Below are positions 37,590 through 50,236 of a DNA stretch of 64,000 nt, piece by piece. Under the pieces are notes generated by a model. That model was not told the DNA's origin, made no database searches, and saw nothing but the letters and a program-made list of their open reading frames with translations. Each line of letters opens with the position of its first letter. The stretch's first letter is position 1. The stretch comes from Prorocentrum cordatum (lineage: Eukaryota), in NCBI GenBank assembly GCA_963575745.1, contig CAUYUJ010000001.1, forward strand, positions 2,852,001 to 2,916,000, read 5' to 3'. Both the position numbers and the translations under genes were made by a program.

Positions 37590-37725
37590 CTATAGCCCTA
37601 AGCCCTACAGCCCTACAGCCCCATAGCCCAACAGCTCAATAGCCCTATACCCCTACAACTCTATAGCCCTATAGCTCTATAGCCCTATAGCTCAATAGCC
37701 CTATAGCCCCCTAACCCTATGGCCC
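37590..37725 (+). repeat. 8-bp CTATAGCC minisatellite preceded by GTGCCC units
   Basis: Read directly. Confidence 0.8.
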
Positions 37726-37849
37726 TGATTGGAGCTTTTCTCCCGTATCATTTGCGCTGTACGATCTAGCGTGCACGAAGGTGTGGTGTGGCCAGGCACG
37801 AAGACCACGTGTGACCCTACCACTGTTATTACATTACTCTTACGACGAC

Positions 37850-37956
37850 CACTGCTCCTACTACTACTACTACTACTACTGCTACTACTACAAACTACGA
37901 CTACGACTACGAAAACGACTACGACGACGACTACGACTACGACCACGACGACGACG

Positions 37957-37988
<32 letters not shown>

Positions 37989-38107
37989 CACTACCACTAC
38001 TACTAATAATACCAATACTACTATTACTACTGCTACTACTACAACTACTACTACTACTACTTCTTCTTCTTCTACGACTACTACGACTACTACGACTACT
38101 ACGACTG

Positions 38108-38140
<33 letters not shown>

Positions 38141-38445
38141 CTACTACTACTACTACTACTACTATTACTACTACTACTACTACTACTACTACTACGACTA
38201 CTACGACTACTACGACTACTACCACTACTACTACTACTATTACGACTACTGCTGCTACTCCTGCTACTACTACGGCCACTACCACCACCACCAGCGTCCC
38301 ATGCTGCATCCGCTGCCGCAGGGTAGTCGCAGTGGTAGCCGTAGTCGGAGGAGTAATAGTCGCATTGGAAATGCGAATCGTGACATTAGTAGTAACGATG
38401 GTAGTAGTAGTGGTAGCAGTGGTCGCAATAGTAGTAGTAGTAGTA

Positions 38446-38481
<36 letters not shown>

Positions 38482-38583
38482 ATAATAGTAATGGCATTTG
38501 TACTAGCCGTCGTCGTAGTAGTAGTAGTAGTAGTAGTAGTAGTACTATTCGTAGTGGTAGTAATAATTTTGATAGCAGTGGCC

Positions 38584-38615
<32 letters not shown>

Positions 38616-38640
38616 TGTAGTAGTAGTCGTAGTAGTAGTA
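37850..38640. repeat. Head-to-head (TAC)n (37850-38292) and (GTA)n (38323-38640) microsatellites
   Basis: Read directly; ~30-bp GC-rich spacer between them. Confidence 0.9.
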
Positions 38641-40844
38641 CACTCAAAACTTATGCCAAGAAATCTTCCAATAAGAAATTGAGACCCAGCTTCGCTGAAT
38701 GTCTTCGCCCCCTTGCGAGAGCCAGCTTTGAAGCGTGCAATTTCTTAGCGCAGCGCGACGCCACTGTGGGTGGTTCCGATGAAGATTGTGCCGGTGATTG
38801 TGCCGATTGCGGCGTCGGGGGCTCTGCAGCAAACAACATACAGGAACACGTCAAGATCTGGTGAGGATCTGGGTGGTGATCTGGGGGAATATCCGGGGGA
38901 ACAGCCAAAGCAAAATCCGGGAGGCGATCTATGGAAATCTGTAAGAAGATCTGGGGGAAGATGTGGAGGAACATCTTGAGAAATATCTACAGGAACATAT
39001 GGAGGGAGATCTGGGGGAGTATTTGCATGAACGCACGGGGAACAAGCTAGAGGAAGATCTGGAGGAAGATCTGGAGGAAAATCTGGAGGAAGATCTGGAG
39101 GAAAATTTGGAGGAAGATCTGGAAGAACATCTGGATGAAGATCTGGAGGAAGATCAGGAGGAAGATCTGGAGGAAGATCTGGAGGAAGATCTCGAGGAAA
39201 ATCTGGAAGAAGATCTGGAGGAAAATCTGGAGGAAGATCTGGAGGAGAATCTGGAGGGAGATCTGGAGGAAGATCTGGAGGAAGATCTGGAGGAAGATCT
39301 GGAGGAAGATCTGGAGGAAGATCTGGAGGAGAATCTGGAGGAAGATCTGGAGGAAGAGTTCTAAAGGAAAATCTGGAGGAGAATCTGGAGGAAGATCTGG
39401 AGGAAGATCTGGAGGAGAATCTGGAGGAAGATCTGGAGGAAGATCTGGAGGAAGATCTGGAGGAAGATTTGGAAGAAGATCTGGAGGAAGATCTGGAGGA
39501 AGATCTGGAGGAAGATCTGGAGGAAGATCTGGAGGAAAATCTGGAGGAAGATCTGGAGGAAGATGTGGAGGAAGATCTGGACGAAGATCTGGAGGAAGAT
39601 CTGGAGGAAGATCTGGAGGAAGAGCTCTGGAGGAAGATCTGGAGGAAGATTTGGAGGAAGATCTGGAGGAAGATCTGGAGGAAGATCTGGACGAAGATCC
39701 GGAGGAAGATCTGGAGGAAGATGGGAGTGGATATGGGAGAAGATCTGAAACGACGATCTGGGAAAGATGTTTAGGAAGATCTGGGTGAATATCTGGGTGA
39801 ATATCTGGGAGGAAGATCTGGAGGGAAGAACTGGTGTAAATCTGGGAAGAAGATCTGGAAGAAGATATGATGGTTATGCTGGTGGCTCTGTTGGTGGTTG
39901 CGCTGGTCTCTGTGCTGTCGGTCGTGCTGCTCGTTTTGATGGTGGTTTCGCTGGTGACGATTTTGCTGGTGATGGCGCTGCTAGTTGCGACAGTGGTTGC
40001 GCTCGTGGTGGTGGTGGTTTCGATGGTATTTCTGCCACTCGTTTTGCTGGACGTCTCCCAGGAAACATCTGGAGGAAGATCTGGGAGAAGATCTAGAAGA
40101 GAGATCTGAGAGAGAATCTGGGGGAAGATCTGGTGAAAGAGGGAACAGCTGCGTGGCGAACCGGAGGAAGATCTGGAGGAAGATCTGGAGGAAGATCTGG
40201 GGGAAGATCTGGAGGAAGATGTGGGGGAAGATCTGGAGGAAGATCTGGAGGAAGATCTGGAGGAAGATCTGGAGGAAGATCTTGAGGAAGATCTGGAGGA
40301 GAATCTTGGGGAAGATCTGGAGGAAGATCTGGAGGAAAATCTGGAGGAGAATATGGAGGAAGATCAAGAGGAAGATCTGGAGGAAGATCTGGAGGAAGAT
40401 CTGGAGGAAAATCTGGAGGAAGATCTGGTGCAAGATCTGGGGGAAGATCCACGGGAAGATCTGGGAGAAGATCTGGAGGAAGATCAGGGGAAAGATCTAG
40501 GGGAAGATCTCTATGAAGATCTGGGGGAGATCTAAGGAGGGACTGATTTGGGCGAGGATCTGAAGGGAGATCTGGGCGGAGATCTCGGAGAGGATTTGGG
40601 CGAAGATCTGGGGGAAACTCTCGGAGAGAATACAGAAGAAGATCGGGAAGAATATCTGAGGGAAGATCCAGAGGAAGATCTTGACGAAGATCTGGAAGAA
40701 GATCCCGAGGATCTGGAGGAAGATCAGTAAGAAGATGCCGGCGTTAAGAAACTGAGCCACCTTTTGGGAATTCGTTTTCGAATTCTTAAAAAAAAATTGA
40801 GACCCAGTTTGGCGGGAGGGAGTTTCTTAACAGAAGATATGAGT

Positions 40845-40845
<1 letters not shown>
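38641..40845. mobile_element. Non-autonomous TIR element with CACTCA...TGAGTG termini, carrying a 12-bp satellite, inserted in (TAG)n
   Basis: Left CACTCAAAACTTATGCCAAGAAA versus right reverse complement CACTCATATCTTCTGTTAAGAAA. Flanks TAGTA|...|TAGTA. AAATTGAGACCCAG occurs near both ends, together with subterminal TAAGAAA/TTTCTTA inverted motifs. Confidence 0.65.
38853..40728 (+). repeat. 12-bp minisatellite (GGAGGAAGATCT)n
   Basis: Read directly; source of the EEDL/RKIW/GGRS ORFs. Confidence 0.95.
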
Positions 40846-41308
<463 letters not shown>

Positions 41309-44300
41309 CAGGGCTCGACCTAAACAGTGTTTTCTGTTCACGTTTCGTTTTCGTTTAAAAACGAAGTTTGAGCGAAAACGCCGGCCGGCGTCGCACGGGC
41401 CGTTCTGGAACAAAACAGCGGGTGAACAAAACAGCGGCCCCCGAGCAGCCGAAAACGAAACGCATAACAGAACGGTGGCACGGCCGCGGGCCACCAACAA
41501 AACGGAAAAAACTAAACGAGCGAGCGCCAAGGAACAACGACGACGACGACGAGTCAAGTGAAGGTTTAAGCTTCGAGAGCGCGAATAACAATTTAGGCGG
41601 AGATCTAGATAAAGATTTAATCCGCGAGGGAGCGAGTGACGATTTAGGTGGAGATCCCAGCACAACCCCCCAGCACACACTCGCACAGCACGACCCCCAG
41701 CAGAACCCCCCTCCGCACAACCCCCCTCCGCAAAATCCCCCAGCACACACCCCCAGCACTACCCCCAACACAAACCTCCAGCGCAATCACCCAGCACAAA
41801 CCCCAAGCACAACCCTCCCCCCCAGCACAACTCCTCAGCACAACCCCCCAAGCAGACCCCCCCCAGCAACCCCCCCTCCCCCTCCCAGCACGATCCCCCA
41901 GCGCAACCCCCCAGCACAACCCCCCAGCACAACCCCCTGGCACAACCCCCTGGCACAACCCCCCGGCACACCCCCCCCCCAGCACAACCCCCCAGCACAA
42001 CCTCTCAGCACAACCCCCCAGCACAATCCCCCAGCACAACCCCCAGCACAACCCTCCAGCACAACTCCCAGCACAACCCCTGGCACAACCCCCAAGCACA
42101 TCCCCCCGCACAACCCCCAGCACAACCCCCCCGCACAACCCCCGGCACACACCCCCAGCACATCCCCCCAGCACAACCCCCCTGCACAACCTGTCAGCAC
42201 AACCAGGGCCAATCTAAGAATCTGGAGGTTGTGCTGGAGGTTGTGCTGGAGGTTGCGCTGGAGGTTGTGATGGAGGTAGTGCTGGAGGTTGTGATGGAGG
42301 TTGTGCTGGAGGTTGTGCTGGAGGTTGTGCTGAAGGTTGTGCTGGAGGTTGTGCTGGAGGTTGTGATGGAGGTTGTGCTGGAGGTTGTGCTGGAGGTTGT
42401 GCTGGAGATTGTGATGGAAGTTGTGCTGGAGGTTGTGCTGGAGGTTGTGCTGGAGGTTGTGCTGGAGGTTGTGCTGGAGGTGTGATTGTGCTGGAGGTTG
42501 TGCTGGAGGTTGTGCTGGCGGTTGCTGGAGGTTGTGCTGGAGGTTGTGCGGGAGGTTGTGCTAGAGGTTGTGCTGGAGGTTGTGCTGGAGGTTGTGCTGG
42601 AGGTTGTGCTGGAGGTTGTGCTGGAGGTTGTGCTGGAGGTTGTGCTGGAGGCTGTGATGGAGGTTGTGCTGGAGGTTGTGCTGGAGGTTGTGTTGGAGGT
42701 TGTGCTGGAGGTTGTGATGGAGGTTGTGCTCGGGGTGGTGCTGGAGGATGTGCTGGAGGTTGTGCTGGAGGTTGTGCTGGAGGTTGTGCGGGAGGTTGTG
42801 CTGGAGGTTGTGCTGGAGGTTGTGCTGGAGAGTGTTACTGTGCAGGAGGTTGTGCTGGAGGTTGTGCTGGAGATCGTGCTGGAGATTGTGCAAGAGGTTG
42901 TGCGGGAGGTTGTGATGGAGGTTGTGCTGGCGGTTGTGCTGGAGGTTGTGCTGGTATATGTGCTGGAGGTTGCAGTGGAGGTTGTGCTGGAGGTTGTGCT
43001 GGAGGTTGTGATGGAAGTTTTGCTGGAGGTTGTGCGGGAGGCTGTGCTGGAGGTTGTGCTGTAGGTTGTGCTCGAGGTTGTGCTGCAGGCCATGCTGGAA
43101 GTCGTGCTGGAGGTTGTGCTGGAGATTGTGATGAAGGTTCTGCTGGAGGTTGTGCTGGAGGATGTGGGGGAGGTTGTGCTGGAGGTTGTGCGAGAGGTTG
43201 GGCTGGAGGTTGTGCTGGAGGTTGTGCTGGAGGTTGTGCTGGAGGTGGGTTGGAGGTTGTGCGGGAGGTTGTGCTGGAGGTTGTGCTGGAGGTTGTGCTG
43301 GAGGTTGTGCTGGAGGTTGTGCTGGAGGCTGTGATGGAGGTTGTGCTGGAGGTTGTGCTGGAGGTTGTGTTGGAGGTTGTGCTGGAGGTTGTGCTGGAGG
43401 CTGTGCTGGTGGTTGTGCGGGAGGTTGTGCTGGAGGTTGTGCTGGAGGTTGTGCTGGTGGTTGTGCGGGGGGTTGTGCTGGAGGCTGTGCTGGAGGTTGT
43501 GCTGGAGGTTGTGCTGGAGGCTGTGCTGGAGGTTGTGCTGGAGGTTGTGCTGAAGGTTGTGCTGGAGGTTGTGCTGGAGGGTGTGCTGGAGATCGTGCTG
43601 GAGATTGTGCAAGAGGTTGTGCGGGAGGTTGTGATGGAGGTTGTGCTGGAGGTTGTGCTGGAGGTTGTGCTGGAGGTTGTGCTGGAGGTTGTGATTGTGC
43701 TGGAGGTTGTGCGGGAGGTTGTGCTGGAGTGGGGGGGGTTGTGCTGGGGAATGTCGTGCTGGGCTGGGGAGGGTTGCGCCGGGGAGGGTTGTGCTTGGGG
43801 GTTGTGCTGGAGAGTTGTTCTGGGGAGAGTTGTGTTGGGGGGTTGTGCTGGGGAGTGTTGTGCTGGGCTGGGGAGGGTTTGCGCTGGGGAAGGGTTGTGC
43901 TGGGGGTTGTGCTGGGGGGCTGGGTGGCTGTGCTGGGGGGTTGTGCATTGTGCTGTGGGGGTTGTGCTGGAGGTTTGTGCTGGGGAGGGTTGTGCTGAGG
44001 AGGGTCGTGCTGGGGGGTTGTGCTGGATGGTTGTGCTGGGGGTTGTGATTGGGGGCTGCGCTGAGGGGTTGTGCAGGCTCGTGCTGGGGGGTGGTGCTTG
44101 CGGGGGGGGGGGTTGTGCTGGGAGGTTGTGCTGGGGAGGGTTGTGCTGGGGGGGTCGCGCTGGGGGGTTGTGCTGGGGAGTTGTGCTGGGGGCTGTGCTG
44201 GGGGTTTGTGCTGGGGGTTGTGCTGGGGGGTTGTGCTGGGGGGTTGTGCTGGGGGGTTGTGCTGGGGGGTTGTGGGGGGGGGTGGTGCTGGAGGGTTGTG

Positions 44301-44746
44301 CTGGGGATGGTTGTGCTGGGGGGTTGTGCTAGGGAGGGTTGTGCTGGGGGGCCGTGCTGGGGGGCCGTGCTGGGGGGTTTTCAGGGCTGTGCTGGGGGGT
44401 TGTACTGGGGGGTTGTGCTGGGGGTTTGTGCTGAGGGGGGCTGGTGCCTCGGGATTGCGCAGGGTGGTGGTGCTGGGGGGGTGGCCCCCCAGCAAAACAA
44501 AACGCCAAAAAAACAAGCGGCGCCTGCCCACGAGAAAACATAACGCCCAACAAAACGTGCGGCGCGCGCCTGTGCCAGAACAGAACGACCAACAAGACGG
44601 CAGCCCGGTGGCCAGAACGAATGGGCGCGACGGCCGGCGTTCAGAGCATGTGAAAACGTGTTTTGAAACGCGTTCACAACGAAAACCACAATTAAAACGG
44701 AAACAGATGGGAAAAAGTAGGAAAACTCCGTTTAGGTCGAGCCCTG
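41309..44746. mobile_element. hAT-like non-autonomous element (3.4 kb) with perfect 17-bp TIRs and an internal inverted 12-13 bp satellite
   Basis: CAGGGCTCGACCTAAAC at 41309-41325 and GTTTAGGTCGAGCCCTG at 44730-44746. AGTAGTAG on both sides, with a phase shift consistent with an 8-bp TSD. Interior: (CAGCACAACCCCC)n 41657-42205, (GGAGGTTGTGCT)n 42222-43730, (GGGGGTTGTGCT)n 43730-44480. Confidence 0.85.
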
Positions 44747-44756
44747 AGTAGTAGTG

Positions 44757-44813
<57 letters not shown>

Positions 44814-44814
44814 A

Positions 44815-44856
<42 letters not shown>

Positions 44857-45141
44857 AGGTAGTAGTAGTAGTAGCAGTAGTAGTAGTAGTGAGAGTAGTA
44901 GTAATGGTAGGAATAGTAGTCTGAGTACTAGTAGCAGTAGTCGTAGTAGTAGCAGTAGTAAGAGTAGTAGTAGTTGTAGCACCCATAGTAGTTCGAGTAG
45001 TAGTAACAATAAGGGCAATCATAATACTCAAGCGAACAATATGTATAAACGTAAGCCGTAAGAGTATCCATAGTCGCAGTAGTAGTCGTAGTGGTAGTAG
45101 TAGTAGTAGTAGCAGTAGTAGAATAGTAGTCGTAGTAGTAA

Positions 45142-45179
<38 letters not shown>

Positions 45180-45209
45180 AAAGTAGTAGTAGTAGTAGTA
45201 GTCGTAGTC

Positions 45210-45255
<46 letters not shown>

Positions 45256-45284
45256 TGGTAGTGGTAGTAGTGGTAGTAGTAGTC

Positions 45285-45321
<37 letters not shown>

Positions 45322-45377
45322 CAGTAGTAATAAAAAGCACTAGCAGTCGTAGTGGTAGTAGTAGTAGCAGTAGTAGC

Positions 45378-45412
<35 letters not shown>

Positions 45413-45479
45413 TAGAAATAGTAGCAGTAGTAGTAGTAGTAGTAGTAGTCGTAGTAGTAGTAGTAGTAGTAGTGCTAGC

Positions 45480-45516
<37 letters not shown>
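44747..45516. repeat. (TAG)n microsatellite, degenerate
   Basis: Read directly. Confidence 0.9.
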
Positions 45517-47156
45517 CCCAACGGTGCGTTAGGGGACCCCCGCAAATCATCCACTTTTGCTTTGACCGATGCCGCAAGGATTTAAACGAAGAAGTTCGTT
45601 CATATGTTGATGTAGATGTTGACCCTGTCTTGTTGCAATAACGTTTGCAATCGAACACGTCGCAATCAAAACAATAAGAAGCCAACACACTGAAAAACAA
45701 TAAGGAAAGCTCACAATCAAAAACAATAAGAAATCAACGCAATCAAAAACAATAAGAAACAAACACAATCAAAAACAATAAGGAAAGCACACAATCAAAA
45801 ACAATGAGAAACCTTCACAATCAAAAACAATAAGAAATCAACGCAATCAAAAGCAATAAGAGAACCATACAATCAAAAACAATAAGAAAACCTTACAATG
45901 GAAATCAATAACAAAAAAGACAATGAAAAACAATAAGAAAACGACTTGGGACCACGATCCCTGTGAATGTTCCAAATAATCAAAAAAAATCAAGAAAATC
46001 AAATAAAACCTGTGAGGGTTCCAAAAAATCCAAAAATCAATGGTTTTCGGGTCTTCGAACTCCCTCCGGCCCCCTCCCAGCCCGTCCCAGGCAGCCTGGA
46101 GACCCGAAAACCATTGATTTTTAGATTTTTTGGAACCCTCACAGGTTTTATTAGATTTTTTTGGGGGGGATTTTTTGGAACCCTCACAGGGATCGTGATT
46201 CCAAGACGTTTTCTTATTGTTTTTCATTGTCTTTTTTGTTATTGTTTTCCTTTGTCAGGTTTTCTTATCGTTTTTGATTGTATGGTTCTCTTATTGCTTT
46301 TGATTGTGTTGATTCCTTAGTGCTTTTGATTGTGTTGATTTCTTCTTGTTTTTGATTGTGAGGGTTTCTTATTGAATTAAAAACAATAAGAAAACGTCCT
46401 GGGACCACGATCCCTGTGAGGGTTCAAAAAAATCAAAAAAAAAAATCCCCCCAAAAAAATCCAATAAAACCTGTGAGTGTTCCAAAAAATCCAAAAATCA
46501 ATGGTTTTCGGGTCTTCGAACTCCCTCCGGCCCCCTCCCAGCCCGTCCCAGGCAGCCTGGAGACCCGAAAACCATTGATTTTTGGTTTTTTTTCTGGAAC
46601 CCTCACAGGTTTTATTTGATTTTTTTGGGATTTTTTGGGATGTTTTGGAACCCTCACAGGGATCGTGATTCCAAGACGTTTTCTTATTGTTTTTCATTGT
46701 CTTTTTTGTTATTGTTTTCCTTTGTAAGGTTTTCTTATCGTTTTTGATTGTATGGTTCTCTTATTGCTTTTGATTGTGTTGATTTCTTATTGCTTTTGAT
46801 TGTGTTGATTTCTTATTGTTTTTGATTGTGAGGGTTTCTTATTGTTTTCCATTGTAAGGTTTTCTTATTGCTTTCCATTGTAATGTTTTCTTATTGTTTT
46901 CGTTTGTACGGTTTTCTTATTGTTGTTAATTGTAATATGTTCTTATTGTTTTTGATTGTATGGTGTTCTTATTGTTTTTGGTTGTGTTGGTTTGCGCCCG
47001 TCGGGAATGCGGGCTCTTTTCAGCTGGCGAGATAGTCGGGGCCCGCCAGTGACAGTTCTGCGCTAGAACACTTCTATGTCGTTGTATGGCATCGCCGTTT
47101 TGCGTCATATGATGTCATATCGATTCGCGGGGGTCCCCTAACGCAACGATGCCAAG
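45517..47156. mobile_element. Non-autonomous TIR/foldback element flanked by TA, with an AT-rich satellite and two internal hairpin modules
   Basis: Left TGCGTTAGGGGACCCCCGCAAATC versus right GATTCGCGGGGGTCCCCTAACGCA (47122-47145). The outermost bases differ (CCCAACGG vs ACGATGCCAAG). (AATCAAAAACAATAAGAA)n lies at 45660-45940 and its inverse at 46210-46375 and 46680-46990. Confidence 0.75.
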
Positions 47157-47159
47157 TAA

Positions 47160-47206
<47 letters not shown>

Positions 47207-47770
47207 ATGGTAGTAATTATAATAATACCAAAAGTAGCACAAGCAAGCAGTAATAACAGTAAGAATACTGGAATCAAAAGTACGAGTCATCGTAGTAGTA
47301 ACAATCGTACAAGTAAAAGTCGAAACCACAGCCGTAGTAATGGCAGTCGTAGGTGTAATGACAAAACTACTCATGACACTAGTGATGACAAGACTGATAA
47401 TAAGAGTTGTACCAGTAGTCGTAATAGTAGCGGTCGTTACAATAGTCGCAAACTAGTAGTGGTAGTGATAGTAGTAGCAGTAGTAGTAACATTAACAATA
47501 GTAGTAAAAAATAAAAAAGTAGCAGTAGTAGTAGTAGTAGTAGTAGTAGTAGCAGTAATAGAAACAACTAGTGGTACAAAAAAATAGTATGGGTGGTAGT
47601 AGTAGCCGCAGTTGTAGCAGCATAAGTAGCAGCAACAGAAGTAGTAGCAGGAGCGGTAGTAGTACTAGTAGTAGTAGTAGTAATAATCGTCGTCGTAGTA
47701 TTAATGGTAGCACACGTAGTAGGAGTGCAGTATAGTAATAGTAGGGGTAGAAATAGTAGTAGTAGTAGTC

Positions 47771-47806
<36 letters not shown>

Positions 47807-47894
47807 ATGGTAGTAGTAGTAGGAGTAGTGGTAGTAGTAGTAGTCGTAGTGGTAGTAGTAGTAGTAGTAGTAGTAGTCGTCGTAGAAATAGTAA

Positions 47895-47927
<33 letters not shown>

Positions 47928-47944
47928 ATGTAGTAGTAGTAGTT

Positions 47945-47977
<33 letters not shown>

Positions 47978-47980
47978 CTT
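47157..47980. repeat. (TAG)n microsatellite, degenerate
   Basis: Read directly. Confidence 0.85.
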
Positions 47981-48126
47981 CGTAGGAATACTACTCGTGG
48001 CACTGGGGGTGTAGTAGCAATTTGCAGTATTACGAATACTGGTCGTAGGAGCAATACAGATAGAGAGACTTGGAGGGCGATGCAGACAGAGAGACAGAGA
48101 GAGAGAGAGAGAGAGAAAAAAAAATA

Positions 48127-49041
48127 AATGTGATTCCTATCGGTTCATATTGTTTCCGGTCGATCCGTGCAGATTCCGATAGGTTCCTGTCGATTCCTAC
48201 TGGTTCCGACCGACCCCGATGAATTCCGATTGATTCCGAGCTATTTCGAACGATTCCTAATGTTATTGGTTTCTGATTTCGATTGGTTTCTATGAATTCT
48301 TCTTGATCCCGCATGATTCCTATAATCCTGTTGGCTCCCACTGATCCCTATTGATTCCAATTGAAGGAGGGCGGGAAATAGGGGTTGAGGAGGAGGGGCC
48401 CTCTCCTTCGCGGGAAATTGCTTTTTTTTTGAAAGGCAAGGTCACGCTCCTTACTTGTTTCCCGTTTGATCCGGTTGGTTTTTCAATGCCAATCATCACT
48501 GTCCTTAGTGCTGGACGACGAAACCTGTGACACCACCCAAAACAACAACGACAGCAACAACAAGTAAGCAAACACCATCACAAAAACCTGTACGCCGCCA
48601 AAACAACAAAACCATATATGGTAATGCCACAGGTCCCCCTCCCGCTTCGGATCCCGCAAACAATTAATTGCTGCTGCTTGGTAGTACCACAAGTTCTTTA
48701 TGTTGTTGCTGTGACTTGATCTATGACGTGATGCTGCCACCGGTTTCGTGGCCCAAAATCGGGGAGACGTAAGACCCGGGTACGGGGGACTCGGAAATCC
48801 CCGACGAGGTCGTCAAAAAAATGACGAGGCCGAGCCTGCATTTTGACGAGGCCTCCCGCTGCAGACATCCCACAAAACTCCTCCTCGTCAAAATCCGAGT
48901 CGCGGCCGTCAAAAAACGATGGCGAACCCGAGTCCTGGCAAACCCGGGTCTTACGCTCCCCCGACAAAATTGAAGGGACCTGCCATTGAAAAACAATTTG
49001 ATCCCAACGGGGAACAAATAATCAAGATTACCCTCTCAAAA

Positions 49042-49074
<33 letters not shown>

Positions 49075-49323
49075 TCGCGCGAAAGGCCCCTCCTCCTCCA
49101 CCCCTATCCCCCGCCCTTCCTCTGCAACCAATGGAAATCAACCGGTAACAGTCGGAACCAATAGGAGCCAGTAGGAATCAATAGGGATCAATGCGAATCA
49201 GTGGGAAACGCTGGGAGTTACTAGGAATCGATGGGAAACACCTGGGATCAACAAGAAACACTACACCCCCACGGAATCATCAGGAATAAATGGGCACCGG
49301 ACAAAACAAAAGGAATCCACATT
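48127..49323. mobile_element. Foldback element with ~350-bp imperfect inverted arms and a nested internal palindrome
   Basis: Arm 48127-48490 (GATTCC units; GGGCGGGAAATAGGGGTTGAGGAGGAGGGGCC; polyT) is mirrored by 48980-49323 (polyA; GGCCCCTCCTCCTCCACCCCTATCCCCGCCC; GGAATC units). Confidence 0.7.
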
Positions 49324-49569
49324 CGTGTTGTCACGCGGGGGCGATTGATTTCTGATTGGTCGTTTGATTTGTATGGCGCTCTCAATGTGTTCTACTGTAC
49401 GGTTTTAAAATTGTTTACAAGCTTGTGGAATCAATTCCGCTTCCTGTTATATAGTGTGTGGCGTTCTGAGTGGATCTAACTGTCTGGTCTTCGTTTGCTG
49501 TACAATGTGATGATTAATTGTGTTTCCAATTGTAAAGTTCAGTGCGTGTAGTAATGTCGGCCGCAATAT

Positions 49570-49578
49570 CACTGTCTC

Positions 49579-49613
<35 letters not shown>

Positions 49614-49693
49614 TTCGCTCTTTCTCTCTCTCTCCCCTCTCTCTCTCTCTCCCATCCTATTGCTCTTGTTTGTTCGTTGTTCTCTCTCTTTCC

Positions 49694-49729
<36 letters not shown>

Positions 49730-49905
49730 TCGTATTGTCTTTATCTCTTTTTCTCTCACCATCCTAAAATGAGTCTCTCCGTCCTCTCTCGCAAGCGCTC
49801 TCTCTCTCTCTTTCTCTCTTTCTCTCCCCGCCCCCATTCATTATCGGTGTGTGTATTGTGTTTTTGTTTGGGTGTTCTCTCTCTCTCTCTCTGTCTCTTT
49901 CTCCT
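49570..49905. repeat. (CT)n-rich tract
   Basis: Read directly. Confidence 0.9.
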
Positions 49906-50084
49906 CCCTACCCGCCCCCCTCGAATCTCAATATTCGTCCCTTTACCATAACCAAACCGTGCCCTTGCAGTACTGCTGCCACTACTGCTGCTGCGGCTAC
50001 TGGTATTGCTCCAATGCGCCATGCTGCGATGACGACTGCCGCGGAACGGAATCAAATGTCCGACACTCGAATACAACAACATCA

Positions 50085-50127
50085 AAAACTACTTCTACGA
50101 CTACGACTACTACTATTACTACCAGTG

Positions 50128-50198
<71 letters not shown>

Positions 50199-50204
50199 AC
50201 GACG

Positions 50205-50236
<32 letters not shown>

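Noticed and set aside
38963..40730. Acidic EEDL or basic RKIW repeat proteins
   Set aside because: Alternative frames of the same 12-bp satellite, with frameshifting indels.
42194..44531. 500-650 aa ORFs (HNLQ, GGCA, PAQP repeats)
   Set aside because: Products of a 12-bp satellite that is open in several frames on both strands inside a TIR element.
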